A DNA stretch of 32,000 nt, taken from assembly GCA_001430755.1 (NCBI GenBank), contig CP013062.1, forward strand, positions 930,001 to 962,000. The letters are read 5' to 3'. Source of the DNA: Candidatus Peribacter riflensis. GTDB taxonomy: Bacteria; Patescibacteriota; Gracilibacteria; Peribacterales; Peribacteraceae. Both the position numbers and the translations under genes were made by a program. Under the pieces are notes generated by a model, which was given only the letters and a program-made list of their open reading frames with translations, had not been told where the DNA came from and ran no database searches. This document shows, piece after piece, positions 8,130-15,126 of this stretch (its first letter is position 1; each line of letters opens with the position of its first letter).

Positions 8130-9167
8130 TCACTCCATCTCCCTCGCCAGCCTCTCGATCAACTTCGGCAAATTGTGCTTTTCGAGGACTCTCCGCCGGA
8201 GCTCCTGACTCAACGTTGCCCTTTCTAAATCAGATAACTCCAAAATCTTCCGTGCAACCGAGGCAATGCTGTCATCCGTGGCTCGACATATTTCGGGAAG
8301 GATCTCCTGTGCCGCGTCACTGGAAGATACCACGGGGCACCCGCACGCCATCGCCTCCAGCACAGCTTTGTCCAACCCCCCGATACACGCGTGGAGCATT
8401 AGTTCCGCACGGCGGAGCAACTGCGGCATCTCAGATGGATCCACCCACCGCACTTCGACGCGCCCAACGACGCCCAGTTGCATGAGCAGCGCCTGCACGC
8501 TCTCCCACTCCCCTTCATCCGCCTGCGTGATCACGCCGCCTGCAATGACTAGTCGGGACGTTTGCGGAAGCAGAGCGAACGCACGAAGGATCACATCGTA
8601 CCGCTTGGACTGTGTGATGCGTCCCACCGCAACAATCAAACCGATCTCCTGTTCCTCCCCTCTCCCACTGGGAGAGGGGCCGGGGGAGAGGGGTTGAAAA
8701 ACCTCCATATCAATACCATGCCCCGTCACCACCTGCTTGCGATGCGGCTCAGGCAAACCCTGTACTGTGGCGGAAAAAACTTTCCGGACCAAAAAGAGCG
8801 CAAGCGTGAGCCGCCAGCTCCCACGGCGAATCTCATACCAGAGATAGACACGCTTACGTAGGAGGAACCAGACCGGCCAGCCGAGGATCACCCACACGGG
8901 CGTCATGTGCACGAGCACGCAGTCGTAGTGGCTCCGTTCACGCCAGATGAGCCGCCAGAAGGTGTACATCTGCGCCGCCTTCGACCGATGGAGTTCCTTG
9001 CCGAGCGAGCGGACCTGTACGTTGGCAGAAAAGGGATCATTCGCGGGACTCTGCGCGATCACCGTAAGAGCTTCAACCTGGGCAGAGAAGAGTTCCAGCC
9101 AACGATGGAAAAATCCGAGGATAGGATCAGATCGGTCGGCCTTCTGAGTGACGATGAGCAGCTTCAT
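8130..9167 (-). CDS. GT4-family (GT-B) glycosyltransferase
   Basis: MKLLIVTQKADRSDPILGF...GHGIDMEVF...IVAVGRITQSKRYD...GGLDKAVLEAMACGCPVVSS is the typical GT4 layout. Its ATG (9167-9165) overlaps the upstream TGA (9166-9164). Confidence 0.85.
   Translation of the reverse strand: MKLLIVTQKADRSDPILGFFHRWLELFSAQVEALTVIAQSPANDPFSANVQVRSLGKELHRSKAAQMYTFWRLIWRERSHYDCVLVHMTPVWVILGWPVWFLLRKRVYLWYEIRRGSWRLTLALFLVRKVFSATVQGLPEPHRKQVVTGHGIDMEVFQPLSPGPSPSGRGEEQEIGLIVAVGRITQSKRYDVILRAFALLPQTSRLVIAGGVITQADEGEWESVQALLMQLGVVGRVEVRWVDPSEMPQLLRRAELMLHACIGGLDKAVLEAMACGCPVVSSSDAAQEILPEICRATDDSIASVARKILELSDLERATLSQELRRRVLEKHNLPKLIERLAREME
8655..8693 (+). repeat. G/C palindromic element copy A (C-box / G-box / G-box), in frame inside a GT4 gene
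   Basis: CCCCTCTCCC (8657-8666), act, GGGAGAGGGG (8670-8679), cc, GGGGGAGAGGGG (8682-8693). It is read on the minus strand as PLSPGPSPSGRGE. Confidence 0.85.
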
Positions 9168-10303
9168 GGCCGTGGTGCCGCGACAGACTTGAGGAATTCC
9201 GCGTACTGCCGGATGAGGAACACGCGATCGAAGCGATCAAGAATCTTGCGCGCCTCGGCCCCCAGCCTCTCGCGCGCTGCATCGTCTGCGATGAGCCGCA
9301 TGATCTTGCGCCGCAGGTCTCCTTTGCTGCCGTCAGTGAAGATACCGTTCACGCCGTCTTCAATGACCTCGGGCATTACCCCCACGGGAGTGGCAATGAC
9401 CGGCATGCCCATTCCCATCGCCTCCAGAGCGCTTCTCGGGCCGCCCTCACTCAGGGAATTCATAACGAAGATGCGGGCCGTGAGCACAGCTCCGACGACA
9501 TCTTCTGCTGTGGGGAGCCACCCCAAGAATGTGACGCGTTCACCCATGCCGAGTGTCTTTGCCAGCTGCTCACATCGCTTGCGCTCCGGGCCGTCGCCGA
9601 TGACGAGCAGGCGCACCTCCGGAATATCCGAGACCGCGGTGATGAGTGCGGCAAGTTGTTTATTGCGCACCAATCTCCCGCAGAAAGAAATGTCGTACGA
9701 AATGGGAGGGCGCACGTTCTTTGTGAGGAGAGCACGATCGAGGTAGAACGAGGGGACAACGCGTACCTTCTCCGGCCGTGCACCCCACGAGAGCAAGATC
9801 TCTCTTACGGCCTCGTTCACGACGCGCACACCGGGGGCCAACCGGGCATGCAGGGGCAACAGGAGCCGCGAGAGCAGACATCCGATCCATTCGCCCACGG
9901 AAGAAGCATGCGGATAGCCCACGATATGGTGAACCTCGAGCACGTACGGGAGCCCCGTTACACGCGAAAGCCATCGGGCACCCACCCCATTGTAGAACGG
10001 CGGATACTCATGCACGGTCATCACGTCGTGGTGCTGCTCCTTCCAGAGCTTCTTGCCCTCGCGCACGATCCACAAGGGCTGATACCAGAGCCCGTGCGGG
10101 GAAGGATGAAAATGCACCTCGCCGCCACCATCCCTGACCGGCACGAAATTCCTTTCTTCCACACCCGTTTCGACGCGCCGGACATGCGGGCAGATGATGT
10201 CGATCCGGTCCCAGTGCTGCCGCAGTTCCTGCAGCGTGTACCAAAATGCACACCGCTTGCCGCGGAGAATGGAACGGTCCCCGGAAATCATGAGAAGTTT
10301 CAT
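9164..10303 (-). CDS. GT4-family (GT-B) glycosyltransferase
   Basis: Part of ORF 9164..10498. The plausible start is MKLLMISGDRSIL (ATG 10303). C-terminal motifs FCGRLVRNKQ...NSLSEGGPRSALEAMGMGMPVIAT (EX7E-like) are present. The longer N-terminal extension would overlap the upstream gene by 116 nt. Confidence 0.85.
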   Translation of the reverse strand: MKLLMISGDRSILRGKRCAFWYTLQELRQHWDRIDIICPHVRRVETGVEERNFVPVRDGGGEVHFHPSPHGLWYQPLWIVREGKKLWKEQHHDVMTVHEYPPFYNGVGARWLSRVTGLPYVLEVHHIVGYPHASSVGEWIGCLLSRLLLPLHARLAPGVRVVNEAVREILLSWGARPEKVRVVPSFYLDRALLTKNVRPPISYDISFCGRLVRNKQLAALITAVSDIPEVRLLVIGDGPERKRCEQLAKTLGMGERVTFLGWLPTAEDVVGAVLTARIFVMNSLSEGGPRSALEAMGMGMPVIATPVGVMPEVIEDGVNGIFTDGSKGDLRRKIMRLIADDAARERLGAEARKILDRFDRVFLIRQYAEFLKSVAAPRP

Positions 10304-10387
10304 AAACAGAAGGAGGTAAGCCAGCTTGTCCGCCGTAGCTCTGAGCAGCGCGAAGAGCGAAGGTGGAAAATCATGAGAAGTTTCATA
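10285..10387 (-). repeat. 20-bp exact direct repeat (AAATCATGAGAAGTTTCATA on the + strand), two copies 83 bp apart
   Basis: Copies at 10285-10304 and 10368-10387. On the coding strand each contains ATGAAACTTCTCATGATT (MKLLMI). Confidence 0.9.
10300..10386 (-). CDS. 28-codon relay/upstream ORF, MKLLMIFHLRSSRCSELRRTSWLTSFCL
   Basis: ATG 10386-10384 overlaps the TGA of the upstream GT4 (10385-10383). Its own TGA (10302-10300) overlaps the ATG of the downstream GT4 (10303-10301). The first 6 codons duplicate the downstream gene's first 6 codons. Confidence 0.3.
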   Translation of the reverse strand: MKLLMIFHLRSSRCSELRRTSWLTSFCL

Positions 10388-11474
10388 GGCTTTGGAAGAG
10401 TTGAAGATGTTCACGGGCGACAGTATCCCATCCGCGCATCGGAGGGGGCAGGGCCGCGGTCTCTGCAATCTCCGTGTAGCGGGAACGCACGTCGGCAATC
10501 GCCTGTGCCAGCTGTTCCGGAGTCTTTACATCACGCAGAACCATGCCGCGCGTGAGCATTTCGCCGAACCCGGTTCCGCGCGTGAGCAGTACCGGCAATC
10601 CCTGAGCCCGGGCCTCGAGGGCGACATTGGGGCTCAGCTCCGTAATCGATGGCAGCACGAGAAGATCGGCATCAGCCATCGTACGTGCCTTGGCCGCTCC
10701 ACTCTGTGGAGGGAGGAATGACACGCGACCGGCCAGGGACAGCTCCTGCACGAGTAGGTGCAGGGCAGCTGCCACGGGACCATCACCCACGAACGTGAGG
10801 GAACACTGCGGCAGAAATGTGAGCGCGCGCAGGAGGATAGGAAGATTCTTAAATGCCACGAAACGCCCCATGAAGAGCAGACGGAAAGGAGCGTGTGCCG
10901 CATGCAGGACCGGCGTGCCGGCGGGCAGCGCGTTCTGGATCACCGAGTGCCCCGGCAGTCGATACTGCGCACGGTAGAGCGTCTTCTGGAAGTCAGTGGA
11001 GAAGACGACATGATCGAATGAAGCAAGAATCTTCTGCGTGATGAACTTGGATCGCGGCACAGATGCATACCACTCCTTCAAGTTCTTCCCGCCGCCGCGA
11101 TCCGTGTACCGCTCCCAGAAGAAATCCCCTCCGAGCCGCAGCACTTTCTTCGGCTTCTTGAGCCGCGCAAACATCAGTGGAACCCCCACACTCACCGACG
11201 AAAATGCCTCGATGATATCGGCATCAGCCGCGACCTTCCGGAGCGTTTGCGCGTACCTCCACCACCGGAGCAGCGGACCTCCGCTCTTGGACACAACCAA
11301 AACACCCCAACCATTTCCTAAGTCCTTAGTCCTAAGCCCTAAGTCCTGCGTTCCATACGTCACCACCGTCACCACATGCCCGGCGCTCTTGAGCTGCTCC
11401 GCCAGTGCGTGGACATACGTGGCGGGGCCGCCGATGTCAGGGGGATAAATGCCCGTAGCGAGAACGATCTCCAT
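10383..11474 (-). CDS. GT4-family (GT-B) glycosyltransferase
   Basis: MEIVLATGIYPPDIGGPATYVHALAEQL...LFMGRFVAFKNL...PSITELSPNVALEARAQGLPVLLT is the typical GT4 pattern. Confidence 0.85.
   Translation of the reverse strand: MEIVLATGIYPPDIGGPATYVHALAEQLKSAGHVVTVVTYGTQDLGLRTKDLGNGWGVLVVSKSGGPLLRWWRYAQTLRKVAADADIIEAFSSVSVGVPLMFARLKKPKKVLRLGGDFFWERYTDRGGGKNLKEWYASVPRSKFITQKILASFDHVVFSTDFQKTLYRAQYRLPGHSVIQNALPAGTPVLHAAHAPFRLLFMGRFVAFKNLPILLRALTFLPQCSLTFVGDGPVAAALHLLVQELSLAGRVSFLPPQSGAAKARTMADADLLVLPSITELSPNVALEARAQGLPVLLTRGTGFGEMLTRGMVLRDVKTPEQLAQAIADVRSRYTEIAETAALPPPMRGWDTVAREHLQLFQSL
11316..11348. repeat. heptanucleotide tandem repeat (YCCTWAG, ~4.7 units) inside GT4 coding sequence
   Basis: TCCTAAG TCCTTAG TCCTAAG CCCTAAG TCCTG. 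It is read on the minus strand as QDLGLRTKDLG. Confidence 0.85.
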
Positions 11475-11553
11475 TGGGAGCTATCGTAGCGGAAAAAAGA
11501 GGCTCAGATGGTTCCTTAAGTGATTTTTTCGTGTCAGGTATCCATTTTTGTTT

Positions 11554-11814
11554 TTATTGAGGATCCTGAAATGCCCTCCTTAATACCGCAATAACGGCAT
11601 CCGTCGAGACATACGGTCTGCTCGTGCCGGTGGGCACCTTGGGCATTTCAGCGACTGCCAATGAAAATACTTTCCGAATTGCCCTATCTTCAATCACCCT
11701 CCCTAAGTCAGCCAAAACCTCCTGAGAAAGAACTGAGACAGCAGCATCCGTATTCAAAGGAATCATGCTCATCGACTGTCTCCTAGCCAAGTCCTCAATC
11801 TGTGACGCATTCAT
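11554..11814 (-). CDS. hypothetical 86-aa protein (no recognisable family)
   Basis: Sub-ORF of 11554..11991 starting at ATG 11814 (MNASQIEDLARRQSM...), 23 nt downstream of the dehydratase stop. It lies in a visibly less GC-rich segment. Whether it is really coding is uncertain. Confidence 0.35.
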   Translation of the reverse strand: MNASQIEDLARRQSMSMIPLNTDAAVSVLSQEVLADLGRVIEDRAIRKVFSLAVAEMPKVPTGTSRPYVSTDAVIAVLRRAFQDPQ

Positions 11815-11837
11815 GCGATTCGATTGCAGAGCACGGA

Positions 11838-12965
11838 TTAATGTTCGCTTGATACTCCTCGCTCCTCCTGTCCCGCTGCTCCCTTCACTGTCCGTTTTAG
11901 AAGGGATGCACTCGCGAATGCCTGGGCCTCTTTGGCGAACTGCGCCTTGCTGAAATCCGCAAGCAGCCAGTCTGGGTGCTCGACGTACCACTGCACAGTC
12001 TTCTCTAAGCTCTGCTCAAACGTCTTGGGGTACTGGAATCCCATCTCTCTCAATTTTGTTCCGTCGAGTGCATACCGCAGATCGTGCCCGGGACGGCTCG
12101 AGTGGAAATCAACCAATTCATACTTGAGCTCTTTGCCGACCGTCTTCGCGATGAACTGCGCGAGCGTGAGGTTATCCACTTCTTTCTCGCCCACGATGTT
12201 GAATTTGTCTCCGAGCACCGGGAACCCCTTTTCGTGCTGCTCGATGAGGAAGAGCATGGCCGCCGCAACGTTGCGCGCATGCACGTAGAAGCGTGTTCCC
12301 GCTTTGGTGCGGCTGGGATCGGAGTGCACGAACAGCCGCTCGCCATGCAGGGCGGCATTGATGACTTTGGGAATAAACTTTTCGGGATGCTGCCGCTCGC
12401 CGAACACATTCATGGTGTGCGTGATGACGACGGGGAGCCCAAAAGTGTTGAAGTAACTGTAGGCCAGCTCCTCACCGCCGGCTTTGGTGGCGGCGTACGG
12501 GTTCGAGGCCTTGTAGCGATCCCACTCCTTGTAGGCGACCCCTTCCGGTGCCGGGCCGAAGACCTCGTCGGTCGAGAAGTAGCTGAAAAGCTCGAGACCA
12601 TCCAACGTGCGCGCGTAGTCGAGCAGGTTTCCCGTCCCGACGACGTTATCCATCACGAATTCCATCGGGTATTCGATCGAGCGGTCAACGTGAGTCGATG
12701 CCGCAAGGTGGAAGATGTAATTCACCGGACCGATGCGGTTCGCGACATATGGGTTCACCGGCGCTCTCAGATCGTGGTAGACGAACTCCACCCGTCCGGC
12801 GAATTGCTTGCTCCAGAGAGCAATGTCTGTGAGCCGATGAAGCGTCGAAGCCGAGTCGATCTTGCTCAAGCCAATGAGCTTCCAGTCGGGGTGCTTTTTC
12901 AAGATGCCCTCGGCAAAGTGGTGGCCGATGAAGCCATCGATGCCGGTCAGGAGGACGCGCTTCAT
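11838..12965 (-). CDS. NAD-dependent sugar-nucleotide 4,6-dehydratase (RmlB/dTDP-glucose 4,6-dehydratase-like, extended SDR)
   Basis: TGIDGFIGHH (GxxGxxG), STDEVFG, NPYAATKAGGE (YxxxK) and RPGHDLRYALD match the RmlB-type signature blocks. Confidence 0.85.
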   Translation of the reverse strand: MKRVLLTGIDGFIGHHFAEGILKKHPDWKLIGLSKIDSASTLHRLTDIALWSKQFAGRVEFVYHDLRAPVNPYVANRIGPVNYIFHLAASTHVDRSIEYPMEFVMDNVVGTGNLLDYARTLDGLELFSYFSTDEVFGPAPEGVAYKEWDRYKASNPYAATKAGGEELAYSYFNTFGLPVVITHTMNVFGERQHPEKFIPKVINAALHGERLFVHSDPSRTKAGTRFYVHARNVAAAMLFLIEQHEKGFPVLGDKFNIVGEKEVDNLTLAQFIAKTVGKELKYELVDFHSSRPGHDLRYALDGTKLREMGFQYPKTFEQSLEKTVQWYVEHPDWLLADFSKAQFAKEAQAFASASLLKRTVKGAAGQEERGVSSEH

Positions 12966-13028
12966 AACCCGGCCATTCTACGCGCCGGAGCGCTTCTGCG
13001 GAAGCGAAATCTCCGCTAGTCTAAGCCT

Positions 13029-14018
13029 ATGGATCTTCCGCGCGTCAGGGTCTATATGCCGGCGTACGAGCCAAAGAAAGCCCACATCCGCGCGGCTGTG
13101 GAATCGGTACTGGCTCAGACGGAGAAAAACTGGACCCTGCTCATCAATGATGATGCCTCCGTACGGGAAAGCGTGAAATCGTATGTGCAGGATTTCCTTG
13201 GCGATCCCCGCATCACCTTCCGTCGGAACCCAAAGAACCTCGGGATCGGAGGAAACTGGAATGAATGCCTGAAGAATGACCCCCCTCCCCCGCTCACGGG
13301 GGAGGGGCCGGGGGAGAGGGGTCTTGTGGCCTTCCTCTTCCACGACGACCTGTGGGAACCAGCCTATCTGGAAAAAATGATTGCCGCGCTCGAGGCAAAC
13401 CCCACCGCCGGATTCGCCGCGACGAATCACATGTATCTCAAAGAAGGAGAAGTCCCTGCGGTTTCCTTCTACGAGGAACTTCAGAAATTCGTGCAGCAGA
13501 ATATTTCGCCCGGTCTGCACGAACATCGCATGTTCCTCCGCTGGTGGATGGAACGCGGACTCAAGCCCAATGTCATCGGCGAGCCGAGCTTCGTCGTGCT
13601 CAGAAGGTCGCTCATGGAAAAAGTCGGCCCGTTCAATGCCTCCATGGTGCAATTTCTGGATAGTGAGTACTGGGCGCGCTGCCTGCTGAATGCCGATTGG
13701 GTCTACGTGCCGGAAGTACTTGGAAAATTCCGCGTGCATCCCGCGGGAATGAGCGCGGTGAACGAGGGACTCGGCCGCGGAGTCTTCGAGCGGTTCCAAA
13801 CGCTGCAAACCGTGGTCGAGTCTCTGCCGTCGGAGGAACAGGCAATGGGCAATGCAGCCCTGACCAAAGCCCTGAGCGGCATGATCGAGCAGTATGTTAC
13901 GCGCCGCAAACAGGGCAGAAACGTGAGTGGGCAGGGCGGCGGCGGGCTCAAAACATTTGCCTTCCGCCATCCGATCATCCTCCTACGTGCAATCGCACAG
14001 TGTTGTGCCAAAAAATAA
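13029..14018 (+). CDS. GT2-family glycosyltransferase
   Basis: VRVYMPAYEPKKAHIRAAVESVLAQT...LLINDDAS...NLGIGGNWNECL...FLFHDDLW is the GT-A fold with DxD-type motifs. Confidence 0.85.
   Translation: MDLPRVRVYMPAYEPKKAHIRAAVESVLAQTEKNWTLLINDDASVRESVKSYVQDFLGDPRITFRRNPKNLGIGGNWNECLKNDPPPPLTGEGPGERGLVAFLFHDDLWEPAYLEKMIAALEANPTAGFAATNHMYLKEGEVPAVSFYEELQKFVQQNISPGLHEHRMFLRWWMERGLKPNVIGEPSFVVLRRSLMEKVGPFNASMVQFLDSEYWARCLLNADWVYVPEVLGKFRVHPAGMSAVNEGLGRGVFERFQTLQTVVESLPSEEQAMGNAALTKALSGMIEQYVTRRKQGRNVSGQGGGGLKTFAFRHPIILLRAIAQCCAKK
13280..13321 (+). repeat. G/C palindromic element copy B, in frame inside a GT2 gene
   Basis: CCCCCCTCCCCC (13280-13291), gctcac, GGGGGAGGGG (13298-13307), cc, GGGGGAGAGGGG (13310-13321). 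It is read on the plus strand as PPPPLTGEGPGERG. Confidence 0.85.
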
Positions 14019-14022
14019 CTCC

Positions 14023-15126
14023 CTACAGCAATGACTTATAGGTCTCTTCGTACCGCCCTACGATTCCGCCCCAGTCGTACGTGCGCGCATGCGCCATGCC
14101 CGCCTCTGCGAGCAGGGCCCACTGCCGCTGATCCGAGAGAAGGGTGAGCAGAGCCTTGGCCGCCGCCTCGGCGTCATCCGGAGGAACGAGCAGACCCGTA
14201 CGGCCGTCTTCCACGATATCGGGGATCCCGCCCGTGCGCGTGGCGATCACCGCGCATCCCGCAGCCTGCGCCTCGAGGAACACATTGCCCAGCGCCTCGC
14301 TCCGCGAGAGGCCGCAGAAGATCTGTGCCTGTGCGTACTCGTCATACACCCGATACGGAGGGAGGAATCCGACGAACGTGACGCGCTCCGCAATCCCCAG
14401 CTCGGCGGCAAGACGCTGTAATTCTTTCTCCTGCGATCCCCGACCGACGATCCGCAAGTGCAGATGATCCAGGATGTCCTTTCCTCCGTCATGAAAAGGT
14501 CCCGGCGCTGCCGACAGCAGACGCGCCAGTGCGCGCAGCAGGGTATCGACGCCCTTCATCGGTTCCAGCCGGCCCACGAAGAGCAGACGTCCCGGCACTT
14601 TCTTCTCGTGCAGGCGGGCCTGTTCGATCGCCGGAGCATCCACGCCATTGGGAATGAGAAGTGCATCGGTCCTGCCGAAGCCCTGCGCACGGGCGAAGAG
14701 CGCGCGACTGATCACCGTCACACGGTCGGCCCTCCGGTGCATGAGCCCGACGAGGAACGAGGTGTTGGTGCTCTGACAGGTCAGAATGGCTTTTGCGCCC
14801 GGAAGGAGCATTTTCGAAAAAACCATGGCCAGACCTGCGAAGGATTCGAGTACCGCGTGAATGACCTGTGGCTGCGCACGGCGGACCGCGAACGGCGCGA
14901 GGAACGGGAACAGCCACTTATCGATACGGTGCCCAAACCCCACGCGCACCACTTTGGCCTGCCCGCGGAACGGATCGTCATCGGGAAGTTTCTTCGTGAG
15001 TCTCGCCGTGACGATCGTGATGTCGAAACGCTCCCACAGACGGTGGGCGATTTCTTCCGCACACGCTTCCGCTCCGCTCCTGAAGGGCGTGAGAAATGCC
15101 GAGAGCAAAACGACTTTCTGCTTCAT
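14023..15126 (-). CDS. GT4-family (GT-B) glycosyltransferase
   Basis: MKQKVVLLSAFLTPFRSGAE...LLFVGRLEPMKGVDTL...SRSEALGNVFLEAQAAGCAVIATRTGGIPDIV carries an EX7E-type motif. Its ATG (15126-15124) overlaps the upstream TGA (15125-15123). Confidence 0.85.
   Translation of the reverse strand: MKQKVVLLSAFLTPFRSGAEACAEEIAHRLWERFDITIVTARLTKKLPDDDPFRGQAKVVRVGFGHRIDKWLFPFLAPFAVRRAQPQVIHAVLESFAGLAMVFSKMLLPGAKAILTCQSTNTSFLVGLMHRRADRVTVISRALFARAQGFGRTDALLIPNGVDAPAIEQARLHEKKVPGRLLFVGRLEPMKGVDTLLRALARLLSAAPGPFHDGGKDILDHLHLRIVGRGSQEKELQRLAAELGIAERVTFVGFLPPYRVYDEYAQAQIFCGLSRSEALGNVFLEAQAAGCAVIATRTGGIPDIVEDGRTGLLVPPDDAEAAAKALLTLLSDQRQWALLAEAGMAHARTYDWGGIVGRYEETYKSLL

Noticed and set aside
10309-10316. Perfect Shine-Dalgarno-like AAGGAGGT on the + strand
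   Set aside because: It is on the antisense strand of a minus-strand operon, and the nearest + strand ATG (10373) is 57 nt away and belongs to a shadow ORF. It is likely coincidental.
10304-10498. Long N-terminal extension of the GT4 ORF (track start at 10498)
   Set aside because: It would overlap the upstream GT4 by 116 nt, and the extension (MPTCVPATRRLQRPRP...) is not GT4-like. The MKLLMISGD start at 10303 matches typical GT4 N-termini and is ATGA-coupled.
12084-13019. 311-aa + strand ORF
   Set aside because: It is entirely antisense to the well-supported RmlB-like dehydratase. Its Arg/Glu/Val-rich composition is typical of shadow frames in GC-rich DNA, and it has no motifs.
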